Below are positions 18,919 through 29,958 of a stretch of DNA of 64,000 bases, in pieces (position 1 is the stretch's first letter; every line of letters starts with the position of its first letter). The translations under genes and the position numbers were made by a program. Source of the stretch: Sandaracinaceae bacterium (GTDB lineage: Bacteria; Myxococcota_A; Polyangia; Polyangiales; Sandaracinaceae); the NCBI GenBank assembly GCA_044220955.1, contig JBGAQA010000028.1, positions 13,013-77,012 of the forward strand, given 5' to 3'. Under the pieces are notes generated by a model, which was not told the origin of the DNA, did no database searches, and saw nothing but the letters and a program-made list of their open reading frames with translations.

Positions 18919-20612
18919 TCGGAGGGGCGTCGCCCACGGCGGCGGACCCACCGGCCCCGGGAGCCCGCGTCTCGGCGCCCGTCCCGGCGACGGCGCCCGA
19001 GGGGGACGCCGCGCGCACGCGCCTCTCGGCCGCGCTCGCGACGCGGCTCGGGGTGGGGCTCGTCTTGCTCGGCGGCTCCATCCTGGTCGTCGGGGGCACC
19101 CCCGCCTCGAGCGACGCGCTCTTCCGCCTGGTGCTCGCGGTCTTCGCGACGTCCCTCGGCTTCCTCTTCTGGCTCGCGCTGCGGCCCGCCCACGCGGAGC
19201 GGATCGCCTACACGCTCGTGACCATCGATCTGCTCCTGACGACCTACCTGGTGTCGCTGACCGGCGGGGCGGTGAGCGGCTTCTCGTCGCTCTACGGGGT
19301 GGTGGTGCTCGGGGCCTCCGTCGTGGTCGGCCCGCGGCCCACGCTCGTGGCGGCGGGGCTCGCCCCCATCCTCTACGTCTCGATCGCCCTCGGGCTCGCG
19401 AGCGGGGTCGTGGCCGCGCCGGCGGACTCGCTCTTCGCCGACTCGCACCCCTCGAACGTCGAGTTCTCGCTCGCGCTGCTCCGGAACATCGTGGGTCTGA
19501 TGCTCGTCGGCGGGCTTGCGGCCGCGCTGAGCGACCGGCTACACCGGACCAAGGGCGCCCTCGTGCGCGCGACCGAGTCGGCCGCGGTCAATGCGCGCCT
19601 GACCGAGGACGTCGTCCGCTCGCTCGGATCGGGTCTGTTGACGACGAATCTGGACGACGTCGTCCAGACGATCAACGCCGCGGGCGCGCGGATGCTCGGG
19701 CGCCCGGTCTCGGCGATCGTCGGCGCGCCGCTCGACACGCTCCTCGACGGCGTCTCCCGCAAGCCCGAGTCACGGAGCGAGGGGCTCGCGCGCCGGACCG
19801 ACGGCACGACGTTCCCGGTGGGCTACTCGCGGACTCCCCTCGTCGCACACGACGGACAGATCCTCGGCTCGTTGCTCCTCTTCCAGGATCTGACCGAGCT
19901 CGCGACACTCCGCGAGAAGGCGGAGCGCGCCGAGCGCCTCGCCGTGCTCGGGCAGCTGGCGGCGGGTCTGGCCCACGAGATCCGAAATCCCCTCGGCGCG
20001 ATCTCGGGCTCGGTCGAGCTCGTCCGGGACGCCGAGGCGCTCGGGAGCGAGGACAAGAAGCTGCTCGAGACCGTGCTGGGCGAGGTCGATCGGGTGAACG
20101 AGCTCGTCACGACGATGCTGGAGCTCGGTCGCCCGACCGCGCCGGAGCGCCGGCAGGTCGACGTCGCGGGTGTGGCGCGCGACGTCGTCGACCTCGCTCG
20201 CCGTCAGCCCAGCGCCACCACCGTCCAGATCGTCCTCGACGCGCTGCCGGCGCAGGCGCATGCCGACCCGGCGCAGCTCCGGCAGGTGGTCTGGAACCTC
20301 GTGAAGAACGCGATCCAGTTCTCGCCGAAGGACGGCGAGGTCCGCGTGGTCGCGCGGACCGACGGCGACGACGCCGTCATCGAGGTGATCGATCACGGCC
20401 GCGGCGTGGACCCGGCCGACCTCGATCGGGTGTTCGACCCGTTCTTCACCAAGCGCAAGCATGGCGTCGGCCTCGGCCTCGCGATCGCCAAGCAGATCAT
20501 CGACGCGCACGGGGGCTCCATCGGGGTGAGCTCCGCGCCAGGTGAGACGCGGTTCGTGGTCCGGCTCGCGACCGGCACGGCCCCGCGCGGTTCGGATCAG
20601 CTCGACGCCTGA
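18915..20612 (+). CDS. PilS-like membrane sensor histidine kinase (multi-TM, PAS, HisKA, HATPase)
   Basis: Several TM segments; H-box LAHEIRNPL, N-box NLVKNA, DHGRG, FDPFFTK, GVGLGL; start approximate (TTG overlapping the pilC stop). Confidence 0.88.
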   Translation: MIGGASPTAADPPAPGARVSAPVPATAPEGDAARTRLSAALATRLGVGLVLLGGSILVVGGTPASSDALFRLVLAVFATSLGFLFWLALRPAHAERIAYTLVTIDLLLTTYLVSLTGGAVSGFSSLYGVVVLGASVVVGPRPTLVAAGLAPILYVSIALGLASGVVAAPADSLFADSHPSNVEFSLALLRNIVGLMLVGGLAAALSDRLHRTKGALVRATESAAVNARLTEDVVRSLGSGLLTTNLDDVVQTINAAGARMLGRPVSAIVGAPLDTLLDGVSRKPESRSEGLARRTDGTTFPVGYSRTPLVAHDGQILGSLLLFQDLTELATLREKAERAERLAVLGQLAAGLAHEIRNPLGAISGSVELVRDAEALGSEDKKLLETVLGEVDRVNELVTTMLELGRPTAPERRQVDVAGVARDVVDLARRQPSATTVQIVLDALPAQAHADPAQLRQVVWNLVKNAIQFSPKDGEVRVVARTDGDDAVIEVIDHGRGVDPADLDRVFDPFFTKRKHGVGLGLAIAKQIIDAHGGSIGVSSAPGETRFVVRLATGTAPRGSDQLDA

Positions 20613-21472
20613 CGGCGTGCGTGCGCCGCGCGAGTCCCGAGGGGCCCGAGGACGGTCCAGTGCCTGTCCTCGCTGGACGAGAGCAGCGACGGGCGATCGG
20701 TGAGCACCTCGCACCCGGTGTGTGTGACCAGGATCGTGTGCTCGAACTGCGCCGAGAGCGAGCCGTCGCTCGTCACGACCGTCCACTCGTCGGGCAGCAC
20801 CTCGGTGTCCCAGTGGCCGACGTTGATCATCGGCTCGATGGTGAAGACCATGCCCGCACGCATGCGCTCGTTCTTGTGCCCGTCGCCCGGCCGCGGCACG
20901 TAGTGCGGCACCTGCGGCTTCATGTGGAACTCGCGCCCGACGCCGTGACCGACGTAGTCGCGCACCACCGAGCAGCCCCGGCTCTCGGCGTATTCCTGGA
21001 TGGCCGCGCCGATGTCCCAGATGCGGCCGCCGTGCTTGACGGCCGCGATCCCGCGCTCGAGCGCGTGGCGCGCCGTCTCCACCACGCGGCGGGCGTCTTC
21101 GCTCGGCTCGCCCACGTAGAACGTGGCGCTCGTGTCGCCGTGGTAGCCCTTGAAGTACGTCGTCACGTCGACGTTCACGATGTCGCCGTCCTCGAGCCTC
21201 CGCTTGCCGGGGATGCCGTGACAGACGACCTCGTTGACGCTCGTACACACGCTCTTGGGGAACGCTCGCGGCGCGCCCGAGGGTCGGTAGTTCAGGGGCG
21301 AGGGGTACGCGTCGCGAGCCATGATCCAGTCGTGCACGAGCTTGTCGATCTCGTCGGTGCTCATGCCGGAGCGGATGTTCTGGCCGACCATCACGAGGCA
21401 CTCGCCCGCCATGCGGCAGCTCTCCCGCATGCGATCGATCATCGAAGGGCTCATGATCTCGACGGACGCCAT
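20597..21472 (-). CDS. map: Type I methionine aminopeptidase
   Basis: FPKSVCTSVNEVVCHGIP, DIVNVDVT, GYHGDTS, GHGVG..FH, FTIEPMIN, SAQFEHT. Confidence 0.97.
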   Translation of the reverse strand: MASVEIMSPSMIDRMRESCRMAGECLVMVGQNIRSGMSTDEIDKLVHDWIMARDAYPSPLNYRPSGAPRAFPKSVCTSVNEVVCHGIPGKRRLEDGDIVNVDVTTYFKGYHGDTSATFYVGEPSEDARRVVETARHALERGIAAVKHGGRIWDIGAAIQEYAESRGCSVVRDYVGHGVGREFHMKPQVPHYVPRPGDGHKNERMRAGMVFTIEPMINVGHWDTEVLPDEWTVVTSDGSLSAQFEHTILVTHTGCEVLTDRPSLLSSSEDRHWTVLGPLGTRAAHARRQASS

Positions 21473-21560
21473 CTCTGCCTCGCAGCCTTCGCATGTAGCG
21501 CGCGCCGTTCCCCCGATCAATCATCGCCGGTCCCGGGAGCAGCCCGGAAGAGGAGGCTCG

Positions 21561-22277
21561 ATGCGCGACTTCGACGACCTGAACGTGGTGGTGACGGGCG
21601 GGACCGGCGCCCTCGGGAGCGCGCTCGTGACGATCCTGCTCGAGCGTGGAGCACACTGCCACGTGCCCGCGTTCGACGACGCAGACGCCGCGCGCTGGCC
21701 ACTCGCGAAGGACCCGCGTGTCACCGTGCGGGCGGGGTTCGATCTCGGCAACGAGGCGGACGTCGAGCGCTTCTATGCGGCGATCCCATCGCTCTGGGCG
21801 TCGATCCACGTGGCCGGCGGCTACGCGGGTGGCCCGATCCTCGACACCACGCCCGTCACGGCGCGCAAGATGCTGACGACGAACGCCATGAGCGCGTTCC
21901 TCTGCTGCCGCGAGGCGGTGCGCCGCATGCGCAGCGGGGCCGAGGCGGACGCCCCGCCCGCGGGCGGACGGATCGTCAACGTCGCCGCCAAGCCCGCGCT
22001 CGTCCCCACGGGGGGCAACGTCGCCTACGCGATGAGCAAGGCGGCCGTCGCGGCGCTGACGCTGGGGCTCGCCGAGGAGCTGCGCGCCGAGGGCATCTGG
22101 GTCAACGCCGTGGTCCCGTCCACGATGGACACGCCGGCGAACCGCGCGGCGATGCCAGGGGCCGATCACGCGTCGTGGCCGAAGGTCGCCGAGGTGGCCG
22201 AGACGATCGCGTTCCTCGCGTCACCGACGAACGGGAGCACGCGCGGCGCCCTCGTGCCGGTGTACGGGCGCAGCTAA
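21561..22277 (+). CDS. Short-chain dehydrogenase/reductase
   Basis: TGGTGALG, YAMSK, DTPANR; AGGAGG SD at 21551. Confidence 0.92.
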   Translation: MRDFDDLNVVVTGGTGALGSALVTILLERGAHCHVPAFDDADAARWPLAKDPRVTVRAGFDLGNEADVERFYAAIPSLWASIHVAGGYAGGPILDTTPVTARKMLTTNAMSAFLCCREAVRRMRSGAEADAPPAGGRIVNVAAKPALVPTGGNVAYAMSKAAVAALTLGLAEELRAEGIWVNAVVPSTMDTPANRAAMPGADHASWPKVAEVAETIAFLASPTNGSTRGALVPVYGRS

Positions 22278-22319
22278 CGGACGCCTGGAGCTGACGGACG
22301 CCTGGCCGGCAGGACCCGC

Positions 22320-23537
22320 TCAGTCGGTCACGACTCGATGGAACACGACCGGCGCGGTGCCGGTCGTGACGATCACGCTGGGGTCGATCGACGAGATGCG
22401 GACGGTGTGGCGCTCGCCGTTGTACGGGAACGTCACGCCCACCAGGACCGCGTCGCTCTCGTGCCCCGTGGCCGCCACCAGGCGCGGGCTCGAGAGCTCG
22501 CTCGTCGCCGTGGCGTGGAACAGGCCCGCAGCGTCGAGCAGCTGGTGGGTGCCGCCGTTGGTCAGGCTCGGCGCGTCCAGGACCACGATCACCCCGCCTC
22601 GGTCGAGGTACTCGCGGAGCGCCTCGCCCCACGCGTACCCCATCTCGCGGAGCTTGCCGTCGCTCGCCCCCGTCTGCGCGTACACGAGGAACGTGTCGGC
22701 CTGCTCGAGCCCCACCGGCACCGCGCTCACGTCGGAGGTGGCGGTCAACGCGATCGTCCCCGGCCCGGTCGCATCCGCGAGCGCGGCCAGGGTTCCGGCG
22801 ATCCCGGCCGCGGTCGCGTCGCCCTCGAACGCCAGCACGCGCACGGGCGATCGCGCCGGCAAGAGCACGGCGTTCGCGACGATCCGGCTCATGTCCATGC
22901 GGCGCAGCTCGTAGTCGTGGCCGATCACCACGAGGTGCCCGTCGCGCGGGGAGACGCACGCGCTCGCCGCGCAGACGTCCGAGCCGCAGTCGGTCGCGCA
23001 GTCGCCGCAGAAGTGCGGGTCGCTCGCGAGATCGACGCAGCGGCTGCCACAGGCCGTCTCCGCACCGCAGCTCGGCATGCAGCCAGCGGTCGTGCAGACC
23101 TCGGCGGCGCCGCACGTCGTCGTGCAGTCGCCGCAGTGCGCGCCATCGCGGGGATCCACGCAGGCCGTGCCGCAGAGGAGCTCACCCAGCCCGCACCGGG
23201 GGCCACCGTCGACGAGCGAGCTGTCGAGGCCCGCGTCGCTGCCGGCGTCGGAGCCCGCATCGTGCCCTGCATCGAAGCCGGCGTCGTTGCCGCCGTCGCG
23301 CCCGGCGTCGCGGCCTGCATCGGGGACCACCGCCGCGTCGCCGAGGGTGCAGGTCGCGTTCGAGCAGCCGAACACGCAAGCGTTGCCGCACGCGCCGCAG
23401 TTCAGCCCGTCGCTCGCGAGATCGACGCAGTAACGACCGCAGCGCACGAGCGGCGCCCGGCACTCCGATCCGACGATCGCGCTCTCGCAGCCGACGCCGG
23501 ACACCAGGACGGCGATCCCGAGCAGGAGCGGCCTCAT
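22320..23537 (-). CDS. Cys-rich myxobacterial lipoprotein with a C-terminal alpha/beta domain
   Basis: MRPLLLGIAVLVSGVG-C lipobox; repeated CVDL.SD..(N/H)CG.C..C units; DAG linker. Confidence 0.85.
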   Translation of the reverse strand: MRPLLLGIAVLVSGVGCESAIVGSECRAPLVRCGRYCVDLASDGLNCGACGNACVFGCSNATCTLGDAAVVPDAGRDAGRDGGNDAGFDAGHDAGSDAGSDAGLDSSLVDGGPRCGLGELLCGTACVDPRDGAHCGDCTTTCGAAEVCTTAGCMPSCGAETACGSRCVDLASDPHFCGDCATDCGSDVCAASACVSPRDGHLVVIGHDYELRRMDMSRIVANAVLLPARSPVRVLAFEGDATAAGIAGTLAALADATGPGTIALTATSDVSAVPVGLEQADTFLVYAQTGASDGKLREMGYAWGEALREYLDRGGVIVVLDAPSLTNGGTHQLLDAAGLFHATATSELSSPRLVAATGHESDAVLVGVTFPYNGERHTVRISSIDPSVIVTTGTAPVVFHRVVTD

Positions 23538-24565
23538 GGTGCCGCCCCCGCGTCGGTGGGCGGCGGCTCCGGAGCCGCGACTCCGTCGCCCCCGTCGGGA
23601 CATCCGTCGTGATCCTCGAAGCCGTTCTCGGTCTCGGGCTCGTTCGGGCAGGCATCGAAGCGGTCGGCCCAGCTGTCGTTGTCGTTGTCCGCCTCGGGGC
23701 AGCCGTCGTCGTCGAGGAACCCGTCGGGATCCTCCGCATCGCGCGGGCACTCGTCGGCCTCGTCCGCGACGCCGTCCGCGTCGTCGTCGGGATCGGGGCA
23801 CCCGTCGATGTCGCGGACGCCGTCGAGATCCTCGGCTTCCGTGCGGCAGGCGTCGTCCGCGTCGTCGATCCCGTCCCCGTCGCTGTCGGCGCCCTCGATC
23901 GCGCGGTGGTGCGGCGCCGCGCGCGTCTGGATGACGCGCTGCCGCTCGGCGAGCGTCGGTGCCGCGTCGAAGAGCACCGCCTGAAGCCCGAGCGTGAGGA
24001 TATACGTCGAGTTGGCGTCGATACCGCGCTCGTCGGTCTGCAGCACGTGCACGAAGCGCGCGACGGGCCCGATGTCGAGGTGGCCGGCCCCCTCGGTGCC
24101 CCCCGCGTCCCAGAGGTACCCGACACCGGCCTCGAACGTCGGGCGCGCGAGGTTGCCGGTCAGGGCCGCGCCGAAGTCGATCTCGATCCAGGGCCCCGTC
24201 GCCTCGGGCTCGGCCATCTCTTGACCGAGGCCGTCCGTCCGAAGGCGGCAGCCCGCGCTGATCGAGTACAGCGTCCCGACGCCCGGATCGACGAAGCCTA
24301 GATCCGCGGGCGGCGCGGGCCCGTCTCCGAGCACGAGGGCCCGCGCGCGGATCGAGGGGAGCACGAAGCGCAGCGGCGCGAATAGTGCCGCCACGGAAGC
24401 GCCGCCACCCGGCAGGAAGCGATCCCGCGCGGGCGCGTTCAGCGGCGCCGCGAAGTCGGCCTCGATCTCCAGCATCGCGGCGCGCTCCTGTGCGCAGGCG
24501 AGATCGGGCGATGGAACGACGACGAGCCCCGCGCACGCCAGCGCGAAGAGGACGATGCGATGCAA
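23534..24565 (-). CDS. Exported protein with a putative beta-barrel and thrombospondin type-3-like Asp-rich repeats
   Basis: Signal peptide, amphipathic beta strands, then DSDGDGIDDADDAC / DGCPDPDDD repeats; TTG start inferred. Confidence 0.75.
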   Translation of the reverse strand: MHRIVLFALACAGLVVVPSPDLACAQERAAMLEIEADFAAPLNAPARDRFLPGGGASVAALFAPLRFVLPSIRARALVLGDGPAPPADLGFVDPGVGTLYSISAGCRLRTDGLGQEMAEPEATGPWIEIDFGAALTGNLARPTFEAGVGYLWDAGGTEGAGHLDIGPVARFVHVLQTDERGIDANSTYILTLGLQAVLFDAAPTLAERQRVIQTRAAPHHRAIEGADSDGDGIDDADDACRTEAEDLDGVRDIDGCPDPDDDADGVADEADECPRDAEDPDGFLDDDGCPEADNDNDSWADRFDACPNEPETENGFEDHDGCPDGGDGVAAPEPPPTDAGAAP

Positions 24566-24666
24566 GTGAAGGCCCCTCCCCGAACAGCGCGCAACGTAGC
24601 TGACGTAACGCCACGGGCCAGAGCGGGGCCGAAAGTATGTCGGCAGCGGAATCGCCGGCGGGCCCG

Positions 24667-26600
<1,934 letters not shown>

Positions 26601-26604
<4 letters not shown>

Positions 26605-26714
26605 GACCTCGCCTCCGGCGAATTGCGTCGGCTCGCTCCTGCGGTCCCTACCGTCCGCGCGCGGAGCGCGCTCCCGTCCGGGCCCTCCGTGTCGAGCACT
26701 CCTGCGGTCGTCAT
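26601..26714 (-). other. Intergenic element / 37-codon bridging mini-ORF between the topoisomerase genes
   Basis: MTTAGV...PEARS* overlaps both neighbours by ATGA; 11-bp direct repeat CTCCTGCGGTC; internal palindromes. Confidence 0.45.
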
Positions 26715-29206
26715 GCTTTGACCTCGTCCTTCATGGTCGCTTCCGGCAGCTGCGGAACGGTCGGGGTGACGTCGGCGGCGCGAGAGAGCTTCTTCCCGCG
26801 CTTGTAGTTGTAGAGGGCGCTGCCCTTCCCTGCGCGCGACACGACCGCACGCTTGACGGACACCTCGTATTCCTTGCCGTCCTCGTTGAGCACGACCAGC
26901 GACTCGTTGATGTCGCGGATGAGGCGCGCCCCGACGACCGCGTCGTCCGCGCCGTCGATCTTGATCAGGCGGACGCCCTTGCCCGCGCCCGCCAGGACCG
27001 GCACCTCGCTGGCCATGCAGACGAGCGCGTGCGCGTGCGCCGTGGCGCAGGCGAGGCGCTCGCTTCCGTCGCAGAGATCGACGTAGAGGACCTCGTCGCC
27101 GTCGGCCAGACGCGCGTACTTGCGCCCTGCGCGGGTCGACGCGTCGCGGTGGCCGCGGAGCGAGAAGCGCGAGGTCTGGCCGAGCTTGGTGACGAAGAGC
27201 GCGTGCGGCCCAGGCGGCTCCTTCCCGTCGAGGAGCGGGCCATCGCCCTCCGGCTCGGGCGGCGGCACCTCGAGGACGCGCGGGTCGAAGGAGAGCATCT
27301 TCACGATGCGCTCGCCGTCCTGCATCTTGAAGATCGTCTGGACGGGATTGCCGTATCCGGTCGTCGCCGTGACGTCGACGATGCGCATGACGTAGCAGGC
27401 GCCCGTCGACGAGAAGAGCGCGATGCACGCCTTCGTCGAGCCCGCGGCCACGTCGAGGATCGCGTCGCCCTCGCGCACGCGCGTCGCGCTCAGGTCGCGC
27501 ACGCTCTGCTGTCGCTTCAGCCAGCCCTGCGCCGAGAGCAACACGACCGCGTCCTCGTCGATGATGAACGCCTCGGCGTCGTACTCCGTCTCCTCGGCGG
27601 CGGTGACCTTCGTCATGCGGCGATCGGCGTACGTGGTCTTGATCTCGAGCAGCTCCGCACGGATCAGCTTCCAGCGCGCCGCCTGGCTGGAGAGGAGCTG
27701 CGAGAGGCGCTTCTCCTCTTTCCGCTTCTCCTCGAGCTCACCGCGGATGATGTTGATCTCCAGCTGCGCGAGCCGGTAGAGCCGGAGCTCGAGGATCGCG
27801 TCGACCTGCAGCTCGCCGAGCTCGAAGCGCTTCATGAGCTTCTGCGCCGCGTCCTGCTTGCCCTCGCTCTTGCGGATGATGCGGATCGTCTCGTCGAGCG
27901 CGTCGAAGATCGTGACGAAGCCCTCGAGGATGTGGATGCGCTTCTTGATGGCCGCGAGGTCGAACCCGAGCCGGCGGACGACGACCTCCATGCGGAAGTC
28001 GAGGAACTGCCGGAGCATCTGGGCGAGCGAGCAGCGCTGGGGCGTCGTGAGCGTCTCGCCGCCCGCCGCTTTGATCGGCACGAGGCAGGTCAGGTTCACC
28101 TGCACGTTGGTCGAGAGCGAGGTGTGCTTGAAGAGGTACGCCATCACGAGCTCGGCGTTGGCCTCTTTCTTCAGCTCGCACACGATGCGCGTCTCGTCGG
28201 TGCTCTCGTCGCGCACGTCGAGGAGCAGCGGGAGCTTCTTCTCGATGATGATCTCGGCGATCTGCGCGACGACGTTCTTGCGCTCGAGCCCGTAGGGGAT
28301 CGACTGGATGACGATGAGCGGATTGCCCTTGGCGACCGACTCCTCTTTCCACGTGCCGCGGAGCTTCAGCGAGCCCTGGCCGGTCTCGTAGACGTCCTCG
28401 AGCTCTTTGCGCGAGCTGAGCAGCTGCCCGCCCGTCGGGAAGTCCGGGCCCTTGATGTGCTTCAGCAGCTGCTTGGTGGTGCTCGCCTCGCCGTCGATCA
28501 TCGCGACCGACGCGTCGATCACCTCGCCGAGCGCGTGCGGCGGGATCGAGGTGGCCATGCCGACGGCGATGCCCTGCGCGCCGTTCACGAGCAGGTTCGG
28601 GAAGCGCGCCGGCAGGACGGTCGGCTCGGTCTCCTCGCCGTCGTAGTTCGGCCGGAAGTCGACCGTGTCCTTGTCCAGCTCGCCGAGCAGCTCCTGCGCC
28701 GAGCGCGAGAGGCGGCACTCGGTGTATCGCATCGCGGCGGCGGAGTCGCCGTCGGGCGAGCCGAAGTTGCCTTGTCCGTCGACGAGGGGCAGCCGGAGGG
28801 TGAACGACTGCGCCATCCGGACGAGCGCGTCGTAGATCGCGCTGTCTCCGTGCGGATGGTACTTGCCCATGACGTCGCCGACGACGCGCGCCGACTTCAC
28901 GTGGCGGCCATCGTGGCGGACGCCCCCGCGCTGCATGCCGTAGAGGATGCGCCGCTGCACCGGCTTCATGCCGTCCCGCACGTCGGGAAGCGCGCGCGAG
29001 GTGACGACGCTGAGCGCGTAGCTCAGGTATCGCTTCTGCGTCTCCTCGGCGAGCGAGGCGTCCTGGATCGGCCCGCCACCACCGCCGCTGCCGCCGCCCG
29101 AGACCGGCGGCGGCTTGCGCGGCGGCGGCTTGGCTCCGGCCGGAAGCGCCCCGGGAGAAGACTGGAACAGCGCGAGCTGGTCCTTCGGATCGGCGGTGGG
29201 TTCCAT
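26711..29206 (-). CDS. parC: Type IIA DNA topoisomerase subunit A (topo IV ParC-like)
   Basis: [24 protein letters not shown], catalytic [15 protein letters not shown]; no GyrA-box at the start of the CTD. Confidence 0.85.
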   Translation of the reverse strand: MEPTADPKDQLALFQSSPGALPAGAKPPPRKPPPVSGGGSGGGGGPIQDASLAEETQKRYLSYALSVVTSRALPDVRDGMKPVQRRILYGMQRGGVRHDGRHVKSARVVGDVMGKYHPHGDSAIYDALVRMAQSFTLRLPLVDGQGNFGSPDGDSAAAMRYTECRLSRSAQELLGELDKDTVDFRPNYDGEETEPTVLPARFPNLLVNGAQGIAVGMATSIPPHALGEVIDASVAMIDGEASTTKQLLKHIKGPDFPTGGQLLSSRKELEDVYETGQGSLKLRGTWKEESVAKGNPLIVIQSIPYGLERKNVVAQIAEIIIEKKLPLLLDVRDESTDETRIVCELKKEANAELVMAYLFKHTSLSTNVQVNLTCLVPIKAAGGETLTTPQRCSLAQMLRQFLDFRMEVVVRRLGFDLAAIKKRIHILEGFVTIFDALDETIRIIRKSEGKQDAAQKLMKRFELGELQVDAILELRLYRLAQLEINIIRGELEEKRKEEKRLSQLLSSQAARWKLIRAELLEIKTTYADRRMTKVTAAEETEYDAEAFIIDEDAVVLLSAQGWLKRQQSVRDLSATRVREGDAILDVAAGSTKACIALFSSTGACYVMRIVDVTATTGYGNPVQTIFKMQDGERIVKMLSFDPRVLEVPPPEPEGDGPLLDGKEPPGPHALFVTKLGQTSRFSLRGHRDASTRAGRKYARLADGDEVLYVDLCDGSERLACATAHAHALVCMASEVPVLAGAGKGVRLIKIDGADDAVVGARLIRDINESLVVLNEDGKEYEVSVKRAVVSRAGKGSALYNYKRGKKLSRAADVTPTVPQLPEATMKDEVKA

Positions 29207-29399
29207 CGTTGCCCTGGTCCGGAGGGGTGCCCCGGAGGTGATACGGTCTGAGCCGATGTTCAGCATCGGCCGAGGCCGCTTCTAGCAGGACGGATCCGAG
29301 CCGGGCAAGGAACCGGAGGGCTTGGGAGGTCCCCCTCGCGCGCGTCGCGAGACGGCGCGGCAGCGACGTCGCTGGAAACACCGTACGTTTGCCGACGCC

Positions 29400-29870
29400 A
29401 TGGGACTGATGCCGCCCTACGATCCTTTTCGGGACCCCGCGCTCAGCTGGGTGCTCGCCCGCGTCGAGTCGGTGACGCCAGCACGGCCGACGTGGGCGCA
29501 GCCCGCGACGATCGTGCTCGTCGTCGAGGAGGTGCTGCGCGGCGCCGTGCCCGCCCGCGTCGCTGTGCCCTTCGGGCCACCGCGCGAAGCGGGGCAGGAG
29601 CAGTTCTACATCGCGCGCAGCGCTGGCCCGCAACCGTGGTCCGCCGAGCAGCGAGCCGCGGTCGCGAGACAGCGCGCCGATCTCGACGCGCGCGCGGTCG
29701 AGGTCCCCGAGGTCGGTGAGCGCATCGCGCTCTGGCTCCGGGAAGAGACGCCGGGCGTCTGGAGCGTGCCCACGCTCCGAACGATCGGAGCGCCGACACC
29801 GATGCCGATGCGCTCGCGCTGGATCGAGTCCGCGCACGTCGACGCAGTCCGAGCGCGCCTGCGGGGCTGA
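29400..29870 (+). CDS. Hypothetical protein
   Basis: ORF fills the gap, divergent from parC, with genome-typical codon usage; no recognisable motif. Confidence 0.55.
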   Translation: MGLMPPYDPFRDPALSWVLARVESVTPARPTWAQPATIVLVVEEVLRGAVPARVAVPFGPPREAGQEQFYIARSAGPQPWSAEQRAAVARQRADLDARAVEVPEVGERIALWLREETPGVWSVPTLRTIGAPTPMPMRSRWIESAHVDAVRARLRG

Positions 29871-29877
29871 GATCTGG

Positions 29878-29925
29878 CTCTCGCTCTCGCTCTCGCTCTC
29901 GCTCTCGCTCTCGCTCTCGCTCTCG
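29878..29925 (+). repeat. (CTCTCG)8 hexanucleotide tandem repeat
   Basis: Eight perfect intergenic units, 33 bp before the next ATG. Confidence 0.95.
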
Positions 29926-29958
29926 ACCTCGGCCTCGCCTCGGGCGCACGCTCACCGC

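Noticed and set aside
20597..20612. 16-bp convergent overlap of the kinase and map 3' ends
   Set aside because: Short tail-to-tail overlaps are common in compact GC-rich genomes
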